A stretch of DNA of 64,000 bases. Origin: an uncultured Anaeroplasmataceae bacterium. GTDB lineage: Bacteria > Bacillota_I > Bacilli_A > Acholeplasmatales > Anaeroplasmataceae. Below the pieces are notes generated by a model. It searched no databases, was not told the DNA's origin, and saw nothing but the letters and a program-made list of their open reading frames with translations. Where the stretch lies: positions 345 through 64,344 of the forward strand of contig CAZJPL010000001.1 in assembly GCA_964547945.1 (NCBI GenBank), written 5' to 3'. Shown here piece by piece: positions 27,216 through 36,958 of this stretch (position 1 is the first letter of the stretch; every line of letters starts with the position of its first letter). Position numbers and translations under genes: made by a program.

Positions 27216-27346
27216 AAAAATATGATACACCAAAAGTATTTTTTTGTCTACAAAAAATATATTTTCGGGCGCTATTGCTAGATAATTAAATTTTTCTCAC
27301 AAAAATAAAAAGATATTAGAAAAACTAATACCTTTTTTATACTATG

Positions 27347-27853
27347 TTATTTAAGTTTAAATACTCTAAATAATGCTATTAAGGCAGCAACACCATAACA
27401 TGCTAAACCTAAATAAGAACCAATACCAGTAACGAAAGTTAGACTATCGCCTATTAATTCTGCAAAATCACTACCAAATACCATATAATTAGGAATATAG
27501 TAGAACATTATAGCTCCTACTACTAAAGCTACTATTCCTATTAAACATATTAATCTAGATGTAGTTATATTTAAAATAACACCTAATACTCCTAAAATTA
27601 AAGGTATTAAAGCAACAAAACTAAAAGCTAAAATAGTCATAGTTACAGTAATTAGAACAGTAACACTTTTACTATAACCAAATACTACTTCCATACCAGT
27701 AAAGCCACCTGATTCAACATATTCAGATAAAATACCAGTATCTAATGTTACAGCATCTAAAAATAAAAATAGACAGATACCTAATACTACAACAACAAAT
27801 ATTAAGATAGATAAATGAAGTGGATTAACTCCTCTTTTTTTCTTTTTTGCCAT
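27347..27853 (-). CDS. hypothetical integral membrane protein (about 5 TM)
   Basis: Long ORF with a good SD (AGGAGGAATAATTTCA ATG); KKKKR N-terminus then hydrophobic segments. No recognisable family. Confidence 0.5.
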   Translation of the reverse strand: MAKKKKRGVNPLHLSILIFVVVVLGICLFLFLDAVTLDTGILSEYVESGGFTGMEVVFGYSKSVTVLITVTMTILAFSFVALIPLILGVLGVILNITTSRLICLIGIVALVVGAIMFYYIPNYMVFGSDFAELIGDSLTFVTGIGSYLGLACYGVAALIALFRVFKLK

Positions 27854-27916
27854 TGAAATTATTCCTCCTGTAATCTAGTTATACTATAAAACAATTATTA
27901 AATCAATCTTGATTTA

Positions 27917-29689
27917 TTACATATGTTTAAATTGAATTTCGTATAAAGAATGATATAAACCTTTTTTCTTAAGTAACTCTTGATGATTTCCTTCTTCTAC
28001 TATTTCACCTTTTTTAAGAACTATTATCTTATCAGCATGTTGAATAGTAGATAATCTGTGAGCTACTATTAACATAGTACCTACATTCATCATCTTCTCT
28101 AAACTCTCTTGAATTAACACTTCTGTTTCAGTATCAATATTAGCAGTTGCCTCGTCTAATATAATAATATTAGGCTTATGAATTATTGTTCTAGCAAAAC
28201 TGATTAATTGTCTTTCTCCTGCTGAGAAGTTCGCTCCTCTTTCTAGAACCTTATGATCATATTCGTCAGGTAATTTACTTATAAACCTATCAGCATTCAC
28301 ATATTTAACAGCATCCATAACTTCTTCTCTAGTAAAACTAGGATCTCTTAAAGTAATATTTGTTTCAATAGTACCTGAGAATAAGAAAACATCTTGTAAC
28401 ATTTGACCGATATGTTTTCTTAAACTTTCTATTTTTATATCCATGATATCTATATCATCAATATAAATATGACCTCTTTGAATATCATAATTTCTAACTA
28501 TTAAAGCTAAAATAGTAGTCTTACCGGCTCCTGTAGCCCCAACAAAAGCTACAGTTTGTTTAGGCATAATAGTAAAAGATACATCTTTTAAAATCCAATT
28601 TTCATCATTATAGGCAAACCAAACATGATCAAATACTATTTTACCTTCAAAATGATCTATTTCAATAGCCCCTTCTTTATCTAGGACTACTTTAGGAGTA
28701 TCTAGTACAGTTAAAATCTTTTCAGTAGCTGCGAAAGCTTGTTGTAATTGATTAAATAACTCAGCTAATTGTTGAATAGGATTAAAGAAATAACTAATAT
28801 ATCCATAATAAGATACAAAAAGTGATACAGTTAAACTTCCACCTGCTATAAAATTAATACCAAAATAAATAACTATCATTTGGCATACTACATATAATAC
28901 ATAGATAGTTGGTTGGAAGATACCAAAGACTAATATTTCCTTTAATGAGCTGTTTTTTAAGGCTAGGTTCTTCTCTTTAAATTCTTGATATTTCTTATCT
29001 TCTTGATTAAATATTTGAGTAACCTTCATACCTGATATATTTTCAGATAAGAATGAATTAACTGCTGATACGTTTTGTCTTACTTCTCTATACGCTTTTC
29101 TTGATTTTCTTCTAAAGATAAACGTTACGACAAGCAAAACTGGAACTACACATAATAATATTAAAGTTAATTTCCAAGATATGACAAACATTATTATTAA
29201 AACTACAATAATAGTTAAAAAATAACTAAAGAAATTAACTAAAACATTACTAAAAAAATCATTTAGAGTAGCTGTATCTGATGTAACTCTAGTAACAAGT
29301 CTACCTACAGGTTGTTCATTTATTTGAGCTATTGATAGTGATTCTATATGGTCAAAAGTTTCATTTCTTATTGAATATAATATCTTTTGTCCTATATTTT
29401 GAAGTAATAAAGATGTTCTATACTTTAAAAAACCATATATTATTATCATAAGAACAAATAAACCAATAATTGTATAACAATACATCATAGCTCTATTTGT
29501 TGATAAGTTATCATCACCTAAAAAATTAACTATTAAACCCTGCATTAAAGGTGGTAATAAGTCAATGACAACTAATAATACAGTTAAAGTCAAACCGATA
29601 ATGAAATGTTTTTTATGAGGCTTAGCGAAACTAAGTAATCTTTTAATTATTTCTTTATCAGTATAATTTCTAGATATATCTTTAGTCAT
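27917..29689 (-). CDS. ABC exporter, fused TMD-NBD half transporter (canonical Walker B, degenerate signature FSAGE)
   Basis: GATGAGKTT, FSAGERQL, IIILDEATANID, AHRLST. Confidence 0.9.
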   Translation of the reverse strand: MTKDISRNYTDKEIIKRLLSFAKPHKKHFIIGLTLTVLLVVIDLLPPLMQGLIVNFLGDDNLSTNRAMMYCYTIIGLFVLMIIIYGFLKYRTSLLLQNIGQKILYSIRNETFDHIESLSIAQINEQPVGRLVTRVTSDTATLNDFFSNVLVNFFSYFLTIIVVLIIMFVISWKLTLILLCVVPVLLVVTFIFRRKSRKAYREVRQNVSAVNSFLSENISGMKVTQIFNQEDKKYQEFKEKNLALKNSSLKEILVFGIFQPTIYVLYVVCQMIVIYFGINFIAGGSLTVSLFVSYYGYISYFFNPIQQLAELFNQLQQAFAATEKILTVLDTPKVVLDKEGAIEIDHFEGKIVFDHVWFAYNDENWILKDVSFTIMPKQTVAFVGATGAGKTTILALIVRNYDIQRGHIYIDDIDIMDIKIESLRKHIGQMLQDVFLFSGTIETNITLRDPSFTREEVMDAVKYVNADRFISKLPDEYDHKVLERGANFSAGERQLISFARTIIHKPNIIILDEATANIDTETEVLIQESLEKMMNVGTMLIVAHRLSTIQHADKIIVLKKGEIVEEGNHQELLKKKGLYHSLYEIQFKHM

Positions 29690-31440
29690 TAACTATTCAC
29701 CTCCTCTTCTAAGGTTTGGAGTCTAACCATTTCTTGATATAATTTATTAGTTTTTAATAAACTATCATTATTACCTATACCTACTACCTTACCTTCATCA
29801 AGTAAGATAATAACATCTAAATCTTTAACTGTAGATATTCTATGACTTACCATAATAGTAGTCTTACCTTTTCTTAAATCTCTTAAATTAGTTAAGATTT
29901 TTTCTTCTGTCTTAGTATCTACAGCTGATACTGAATCATCAAAAATCATAATAGGTGGATTTTTTATTAAGGCTCTTGCGATAGATACTCTTTGTTTTTG
30001 ACCACCAGATAAAGTAACTCCTCTTTCACCTAATATTGTTTGATAACCTTCTTTAAATTCAATTATATTATCATGAACATCAGACATAGTAGCTGATCTA
30101 ACTATATCATCATCTGCTACATCCCCGCTAAAAGCGAAAGCTATATTATTTCTTACAGTATCTGAAAATAAGAAATTATCTTGAGGAACATAACCTATAC
30201 TTTCTCTTACCTTTTTATAAGGTAATTTCATAATATCTATATCATCTAATAATAAAGCCTCACTATCTAGGTTATACATTCTTAAAAGTAAGTCTACTAA
30301 AGTAGATTTACCACTACCAGTTTTACCAAGTATTCCTACCATTTGACCTTTTTCAATAGTAAAAGTTATATCTTTTAAAATAGGCGTATCGGCATCATTA
30401 TACTGAAATGTTAAATGATTAAAGGTAATTTTACCTTCAATTTGACTTTCTACTATACCTTCATCTACTATTTCAGGTTTTTCATCTAATAATTCTGATA
30501 CTCTAGTTAAACTAGCTTTAGCTTGTGATCTTAAATTAATTAATTGTCCTATAGCCATCATAGGCCAAGTAAGAGAATTAAAATAAGAAACAAAGGCAGT
30601 TAAATTACCAATAGTAAAATTAATATCCGTTCCAGCTATTAAATAAACACCACCAGCAAATAATACTGAAATAATTAAATTAAGTATTACGGTAATAAAG
30701 ACATTTAATATCATATAATAGCGTAAGAAAGACATATTTTTCTCATAATTATCTTCATTAATTCTTAAGAATTCTCTTCTTTCTTCACTTTCTTTTACGA
30801 ATGCTTTAATAACACTAATACCAGTAAAATTTTCTTGAGTAAAATCAGATAAATCCTCATAAGCCATTTGTCTTACTTTAAACTTATCTTCCATTCTTTT
30901 ACCTAAGAAAAATGAAGCTATTCCTATACCAATAGCTGGTACTAAAATAATACAAGTCAACATCCAGTTAAGTAAAAACATCTTTATTAAGGCAATAGAG
31001 CCTAAAAAGATAAAATCAATTAACATAATAGTTCCTTGACCAAAAAAAGATCTAATAGTTTGAAGATCATTAGTATATAAGGCCATGAGGGCACCAGTTT
31101 TATGTTTTTTATAAAAACTATAGCTTAAGGTTTCACTATGTAAAAACATTTCATCACGCATATCAGATTCAATTCTTACACCAACACCAAATATGCATAT
31201 ACGCCAAGTAAAACGACCAATAAACATAACTATAGCTATTAAACCAATATATAAAACTGAAGTCGTTAAAATACTCATATCTTCAAATATAGATCCATCA
31301 GATATTCCGTCTACTAAATCTCCAAATATTTGAGGAATTAATAATTGAAAAAAATCTACTAATATTAGAGCTAATACCCCGAAGAAAAAGAACCAAAAAT
31401 ATTTTTTATAATATTTATTAACATACTTACCAAATAACAT
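29689..31440 (-). CDS. ABC exporter, fused TMD-NBD half transporter (Walker B IFDDS, canonical signature)
   Basis: GKTGSGKST, LSGGQKQR, IMIFDDSVSAVD, SHRIST; start/stop-coupled to the partner gene. Confidence 0.9.
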   Translation of the reverse strand: MLFGKYVNKYYKKYFWFFFFGVLALILVDFFQLLIPQIFGDLVDGISDGSIFEDMSILTTSVLYIGLIAIVMFIGRFTWRICIFGVGVRIESDMRDEMFLHSETLSYSFYKKHKTGALMALYTNDLQTIRSFFGQGTIMLIDFIFLGSIALIKMFLLNWMLTCIILVPAIGIGIASFFLGKRMEDKFKVRQMAYEDLSDFTQENFTGISVIKAFVKESEERREFLRINEDNYEKNMSFLRYYMILNVFITVILNLIISVLFAGGVYLIAGTDINFTIGNLTAFVSYFNSLTWPMMAIGQLINLRSQAKASLTRVSELLDEKPEIVDEGIVESQIEGKITFNHLTFQYNDADTPILKDITFTIEKGQMVGILGKTGSGKSTLVDLLLRMYNLDSEALLLDDIDIMKLPYKKVRESIGYVPQDNFLFSDTVRNNIAFAFSGDVADDDIVRSATMSDVHDNIIEFKEGYQTILGERGVTLSGGQKQRVSIARALIKNPPIMIFDDSVSAVDTKTEEKILTNLRDLRKGKTTIMVSHRISTVKDLDVIILLDEGKVVGIGNNDSLLKTNKLYQEMVRLQTLEEEVNS

Positions 31441-31448
31441 AAACTCAC

Positions 31449-32288
31449 CTACACAGTTATAATACTAGTTAAAAATAAGATTATTAAAATAATACCTAAG
31501 GCTATTCTATAATAACCAAATACTTTAAAGTCATGTTTCTTAATATATTTCATTAATAATTTAATAACTAACATACTTACTATAAAAGCTACTAACATTC
31601 CTACTAATAAAAATATTATTTGATTAGTAGTTATTGAATTATTTAAGAAAAATTTAACCCCTCTTAACAAACTAGCTCCTAGCATAACTGGTATAGATAA
31701 AAAGAAACTAAATTCAGCTGCCACAGTTCTATTACAACCTAATAACATCGCACCTAAAATGGTTGCCCCACTTCTACTAGTGCCAGGTATTAAAGCTAAC
31801 AACTGTATTAAACCAATAATTAAAGCTGTCCTAATAGACAATTCTTTCATGTCCCGAATTTTGAATTCCCTTTTTTTATTAAATATTTCAATCACTATAA
31901 ATAAAATACCATATAATATTAAAGTAATACTTACGGTAATAGAATTATATAGATGTTCATTTAACCAATCATCCAAAAAAATACCTATTATAGCAGCTGG
32001 CAGGCAAGCAATTATTACTTTTAACCAAGTATGCCAAGTAGCTTTTTTTACTTCTACTGGTTTATCTTTGCCAAATGGCCATAATTTATTAAAAAAACAA
32101 ATTATTACAGCTATAATAGCTCCTAATTGAATAGCTACTAAAAAGAAATCCCAAAATTCTGAACCATAAGAGGTTTTTACATCTAACAAACTCTCTAATA
32201 TAATCATATGTCCAGTTGAACTAACTGGTAACCATTCTGTTATTCCTTCTACTATACCAAACAATATACTCTTTAATATATCTATCAT
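31449..32288 (-). CDS. uppP: undecaprenyl-diphosphate phosphatase
   Basis: GIVEGITEWLPVSSTGHMII and PGTSRSGATI motifs of BacA/UppP. Confidence 0.93.
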   Translation of the reverse strand: MIDILKSILFGIVEGITEWLPVSSTGHMIILESLLDVKTSYGSEFWDFFLVAIQLGAIIAVIICFFNKLWPFGKDKPVEVKKATWHTWLKVIIACLPAAIIGIFLDDWLNEHLYNSITVSITLILYGILFIVIEIFNKKREFKIRDMKELSIRTALIIGLIQLLALIPGTSRSGATILGAMLLGCNRTVAAEFSFFLSIPVMLGASLLRGVKFFLNNSITTNQIIFLLVGMLVAFIVSMLVIKLLMKYIKKHDFKVFGYYRIALGIILIILFLTSIITV

Positions 32289-32297
32289 AATTTTCTC

Positions 32298-33827
32298 CTA
32301 TAACATTGGGGCAAACAAACGTAATAAAAAGGCTAAAATTTTAGAGAATATATTTCTCTTATTCCAATCTTCTATAGTATAATTTTCACTCTTATCTATA
32401 GTATCAATAAAATCAGTAGACATCTTTTTAATTTCACTATTTTCTAATAACACTACACCGCATTCAAAATGTAAAAATAAACTCCTATAATCCATGTTGA
32501 TAGTTCCACAAAAAGCATATTTATCATCTACTATAATATTTTTAGCATGATTAAATCCTGGAGTAAATTCATATATCTTAACCCCACTTTTAAGTAATTT
32601 ATAGTAGTGGGCTCTAGTCATCATAAATACTGTTTTCTTATCAGGTATTTTAGGTACTAATATCCTAACATCAACCCCGCATTTAGCCTGTAAGGCTATA
32701 GCGTTAATCATTTCATCATCAATAATTAAATAAGGTGTTGAAATATATAGAGTCTTATTAGCTTCTTGAATTAAACTTTTAAATACATCATAAGCTGTAT
32801 GAGAATCAGTATAAGGACCATCACCAAATGGTAAAATATATCCATCAGTCTCACTTTCATAATCATATAAATAATCAGTTATATTTAGTTTTTCTTTAGT
32901 TGAAGAGTACCACATATCAATAAACATAGTGACAAAGGTTCTAGTAGCTCTACCATCTAATAAAACCGCATTATCTCGCCAATATCCAAATCTATCTTTT
33001 TTATGAATATATTCATCAGCTAAATTATCTCCCCCACAATAACTATATTTACCATCAATTACACATATCTTTCTATGATCTCTATAGTTAACAGCTGGGT
33101 TAATATTTAAACCTAGAGGTCCGTAAACAGCTATTTTTAAATTAGGTATAGAAACAAATTTCTTCATTATCTTATTAGATAAAGCTCTTTTAGAACCTAT
33201 ATCATCATAAATTATTTTTATTTCTACACCTTTATTACCAAGTTCAGTTAATACTTCTAATAATTCTTCTAATAAATAACCTTCAGATAAAATAAAATAT
33301 TCTAAAAAAACATATTTTTCTGCCTGTTTCATCTTTTCTAACATATCTTTATGTTTAAGGCTTGCATCTTCAAAAAATTTAACATTAGTTCTATCATATA
33401 AAGGAAATAAATCATCATTATAAACTAATTTACTTATCTTTTTAGTATAATTATCTTCTCCTTCATATTCACTATAATTAATACTTATTCTAGATTTAGC
33501 TAAAGCAATTAACTTTCTTCTTTTTCTTCTAGGTAAATATTTAGCATTATAATTAGCTACATATAAGAAAGTAAAGAAATAAGGTAAAATAGCTATTAAA
33601 ACTATCCAAGTCATTTTATAACTTATAGAAGAATCACTATTTAATATAAAGATAGCAGCTATAATAAATAAGCAGTTACCAGCAATATATAATACCTGAC
33701 TACCAGCAAAACTTCCTACAATAGCGTAATAATATACAGTAACTTGTACAGCAAACAAAACTACCATCAAAATAAAATATAATATTTTCTTCCAAATAGG
33801 AGTAGTTATACGTTCATTTTGTAACAT
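32298..33827 (-). CDS. cls: cardiolipin synthase
   Basis: N-terminal TM segments plus two PLD HKD motifs (HRKICVIDG..., HAKNIIVDD...). Confidence 0.92.
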   Translation of the reverse strand: MLQNERITTPIWKKILYFILMVVLFAVQVTVYYYAIVGSFAGSQVLYIAGNCLFIIAAIFILNSDSSISYKMTWIVLIAILPYFFTFLYVANYNAKYLPRRKRRKLIALAKSRISINYSEYEGEDNYTKKISKLVYNDDLFPLYDRTNVKFFEDASLKHKDMLEKMKQAEKYVFLEYFILSEGYLLEELLEVLTELGNKGVEIKIIYDDIGSKRALSNKIMKKFVSIPNLKIAVYGPLGLNINPAVNYRDHRKICVIDGKYSYCGGDNLADEYIHKKDRFGYWRDNAVLLDGRATRTFVTMFIDMWYSSTKEKLNITDYLYDYESETDGYILPFGDGPYTDSHTAYDVFKSLIQEANKTLYISTPYLIIDDEMINAIALQAKCGVDVRILVPKIPDKKTVFMMTRAHYYKLLKSGVKIYEFTPGFNHAKNIIVDDKYAFCGTINMDYRSLFLHFECGVVLLENSEIKKMSTDFIDTIDKSENYTIEDWNKRNIFSKILAFLLRLFAPML

Positions 33828-33867
33828 TTGTTTCCTCCATCTATAAAAATAAAAGGGCTAATGCCCT

Positions 33868-34575
33868 TTATTCGCTTAAACCATTAACTATAGTAGCACT
33901 AGTATCTAATCTAATTATTTCATATGCTTGTTGTAATGGGTTATCACTAGTTAATTCTAAACTAGTATCTTCTCCTTCACTATAATTTATTTCATAATAA
34001 ATAGGAATTAAACTGTAAGTAGTAAGAGTATGAGAAGCATTTGTTCCTGCAGATAATGAAGTATATCCATTTACTAACACTGGTAAATATAAGATAATTA
34101 ATGATCTATTTAATCCTTCTTCATAATCTAAATCTAGTTCATCTGAACTAATAGTTGTAGTACTATCAGCTGATATACTAATTTCAATATCAGTAAAAGC
34201 TTCAGCTATATTATCTTCAATTAATAAAATTGGTTCAATAACTGAATCATAATCAATTTCATATAAAGTTAAATAAGTAAAACTTAAACTTTGAAATAAC
34301 TCTGCATCATATACTGAATCTTCTAGATTAGTAATTGTATATCTAACAGCACTTGTTAGATCCTTAGGTAAAGTTACAGTATAACAAGAACTAGTAGTAT
34401 CCACTCTATCTATAATAGGCTCATCTTCAAATTCAATAGTTCCAAACCATTCTGCATTTATATTTTCATCACCTAAAACCTTTTTTAAAGGATCTCCATT
34501 TTCTTCTGTTGTTGTACATGAAGATAAACCAACTATAAAAACAGCAATAAATATCATAACTAATATTTTTTTCAT
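33868..34575 (-). CDS. hypothetical lipoprotein
   Basis: Lipobox GLSSC|TT; acidic, beta-rich; terminator AAAGGGC-ATTA-GCCCTTT at 33852-33869. Confidence 0.6.
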   Translation of the reverse strand: MKKILVMIFIAVFIVGLSSCTTTEENGDPLKKVLGDENINAEWFGTIEFEDEPIIDRVDTTSSCYTVTLPKDLTSAVRYTITNLEDSVYDAELFQSLSFTYLTLYEIDYDSVIEPILLIEDNIAEAFTDIEISISADSTTTISSDELDLDYEEGLNRSLIILYLPVLVNGYTSLSAGTNASHTLTTYSLIPIYYEINYSEGEDTSLELTSDNPLQQAYEIIRLDTSATIVNGLSE

Positions 34576-34654
34576 ATTAGATCATTTCCTTTCAAAAACT
34601 CCTATAATTTTAGCATATTTAAAGCTATATTAAAAGCTAAAATCTAAATTATTT

Positions 34655-36032
34655 AGGATAAACGCACGAAATTGTAAAGTTATTCTTTATTTTCAAGTAG
34701 CATAGTTATGTCTTTGGTATTTAATAGTTTGAAAATAGTCTCTATTTCTTTTTCAAAATCTATAGATAATAAAAATCTTATTTTATTTAAGCTTAAATTG
34801 TAATATGTTTGAACGAATTTTAAAACTGCTAAACATATTCTTTTTAATATACCTAGATTTCTAGCTCCATTTTTCTCTAATGTTCTATTAGCATCTTCTT
34901 TAAAAACTATATCTAAAGGTGCATGTAAATTGTTCTCTACTCCCCAATGCTTTCTAACTGCATCTGCAAATGAATAAACATCATCTTTAAAACTGATTAT
35001 GAAATATCTGTTTTCTTCAGTTATTTCACCAGTTTGAATTGATTCTATTGTTTTCTTTTCTACCCCTATAGATTTTAACTTATCCCATTTATCTTTATTA
35101 TCAAGCCAAGATATATTACTTGTCATATAATATTTTCTTGTTATTATTTTACTATGTGATTTCTCTTTTTCTTCAAAATAAGCCGTTTTTTCAATTTTAT
35201 TTAATACTGTTTCATCATCTAAATATGTTTTTATATCTTCATAAAATGTCTTTTGATTCTTTTTTAAAGCTAATACATAATCACCCTTAGCTTCTTTAAT
35301 TGCTGTCACAGTTTCTTTTTGTGTATTTAAAGCATCAGCTGTTAATATACAATTAGTTAAATCTAATTTTTTAATTAGTTCAGGACCCATAGGTATTTCA
35401 TTTGATTTATCATCTATAAAGTCCTGTACTAATGATACTCCGTAATTATGAGAGTAGATACTCATAGTATTTAAAGCTTTTATCTCATCAGTGTATTCTT
35501 TATTTCTAGCACTACCTTTAGTAACTTTACCATCCATAGATAATACATCTTTAGATGATTCTTTTGTTGATAAATCATCTATTTTCTCTATTAAAAACTT
35601 AATACAACTACTATATAAAGTAGCAGGATTTAAAAGTGAAATGACTCTTTGAATAGTATCATGTGATGGTATTCCATTTGGTAATTCTAGAAAGTTTGTT
35701 AGCCATTCTTTCTTAGATTTGGCAAACATCCCTATTTCAGCCCAACCATCACATCTAGCAAGTATACCTAAAAAGGCAATCATTATTATATCTGACATCA
35801 AGTGTTTTACTTTACCTTGCATTCTCGTATCATCTTGTTTTCTAAAGATTTGCATAATATTTCTCATTTCTTTAGTATCAATTTTATCTAAATCTATATC
35901 ATTATCATCAAAAAGCATTTTAATTTCTTCAAGTTTTTTACATTTCTTTGCCATAATACACCAACTTTATTTCTTTTTTTAATATTATAGCAAAAAACGC
36001 ATGACTTTAAAAAAATTTCATGCGTTTATCCT
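34655..36032 (-). mobile_element. ISAs1-family insertion sequence, apparently intact
   Basis: Terminal inverted repeats AGGATAAACGCACGAAATT (left) and AGGATAAACGCATGAAATT (right, reverse complement). 9-bp direct repeat TAAATTATT at 34645-34653 and 36034-36042, one base outside each IR. Confidence 0.85.
34680..35954 (-). CDS. ISAs1 family transposase
   Basis: N-terminal H-repeat/DDE_Tnp_1_assoc signature (KVKHLMSDIIMIAFLGILARCDGWAEIGMF) and HWGVENNLHAPLDIVFKEDANR. Confidence 0.9.
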   Translation of the reverse strand: MAKKCKKLEEIKMLFDDNDIDLDKIDTKEMRNIMQIFRKQDDTRMQGKVKHLMSDIIMIAFLGILARCDGWAEIGMFAKSKKEWLTNFLELPNGIPSHDTIQRVISLLNPATLYSSCIKFLIEKIDDLSTKESSKDVLSMDGKVTKGSARNKEYTDEIKALNTMSIYSHNYGVSLVQDFIDDKSNEIPMGPELIKKLDLTNCILTADALNTQKETVTAIKEAKGDYVLALKKNQKTFYEDIKTYLDDETVLNKIEKTAYFEEKEKSHSKIITRKYYMTSNISWLDNKDKWDKLKSIGVEKKTIESIQTGEITEENRYFIISFKDDVYSFADAVRKHWGVENNLHAPLDIVFKEDANRTLEKNGARNLGILKRICLAVLKFVQTYYNLSLNKIRFLLSIDFEKEIETIFKLLNTKDITMLLENKE

Positions 36033-36037
36033 GTAAA

Positions 36038-36958
36038 TTATTCTTCTTTTTTAGCCCTAGGATGAGCTATTTGATATTCCTTTTTTAAATTCTCATAACT
36101 CACATGAGTATATATTTGAGTAGTAGATAAATTCTCATGACCTAATAATTCTTGAACAGAACGTAAATCAGCACCATTATTTAATAAACTAGTAGCAAAA
36201 CTATGTCTTAACATGTGAGGAGATATTTTAAAGGTTTCTCCACAATTATTTATTACCTTATTCAAAATTACCCTTACTCCTCTAGTAGTTAAACTAGTAC
36301 CTTTATTATTTAAAAATAAAGATCTATTATTTTCATTATTAGATTTAGCTAATAAAGCTATTCTCTCATAATTTAGATAATGTTTAATATCATCTCTTAA
36401 TTCATCATATATCAAAACTATTCTTTCTTTACTACCCTTACCTAAAACTTTAACTTCTAAATTAACTAAATCTAAATCACTAGTTTTTAGACTACATAAT
36501 TCAGATACTCTAAGTCCAGTAGAATATAAAAATTCTATTAATAAATAATCTCTAAAACCTAAAATAGAACTTTTATCACAACTATCTAGCATTAATATAA
36601 TTTCTTTTTCTCTTATTATTTTTGGTAATCTTTTAGGTCCTTTTAAACTTTCAACCTTAAAAAAATAATTATTTTTAACTATATCTTCTGATACTAAATA
36701 ATTATAAAAAGAGCGTAATGAAGCTATTTTTCGATTTACTGAGTTTATACTTTCTCCTTTTTGATTTAAACTAGATATAAAGGCTTTACAAACTCTATCA
36801 TTTCTTATAGTAAGAATATCTCTAGCAAACCTTTCTGATACAACAAAGTTTTTAAACTCTAATATATCATTTTGATATGCAATAATAGTATTATTAGAAT
36901 AATTTAAAACACTATTTAAATATTCAAGATACTTTTTAATAGCTTCGTTTTCGCTCAT
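36038..36958 (-). CDS. xerC: tyrosine recombinase XerC/CodV
   Basis: HMLRHSFATSLL...LGHENLSTTQIYTHV; conserved trmFO-codV synteny. Confidence 0.9.
   Translation of the reverse strand: MSENEAIKKYLEYLNSVLNYSNNTIIAYQNDILEFKNFVVSERFARDILTIRNDRVCKAFISSLNQKGESINSVNRKIASLRSFYNYLVSEDIVKNNYFFKVESLKGPKRLPKIIREKEIILMLDSCDKSSILGFRDYLLIEFLYSTGLRVSELCSLKTSDLDLVNLEVKVLGKGSKERIVLIYDELRDDIKHYLNYERIALLAKSNNENNRSLFLNNKGTSLTTRGVRVILNKVINNCGETFKISPHMLRHSFATSLLNNGADLRSVQELLGHENLSTTQIYTHVSYENLKKEYQIAHPRAKKEE

Noticed and set aside
36038-36958. Tyrosine recombinase next to the IS as a phase-variation invertase or integrase of a mobile element.
   Set aside because: It overlaps trmFO in the conserved trmFO-codV(xerC) arrangement and has canonical XerC motifs. 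The IS insertion next to it appears incidental.
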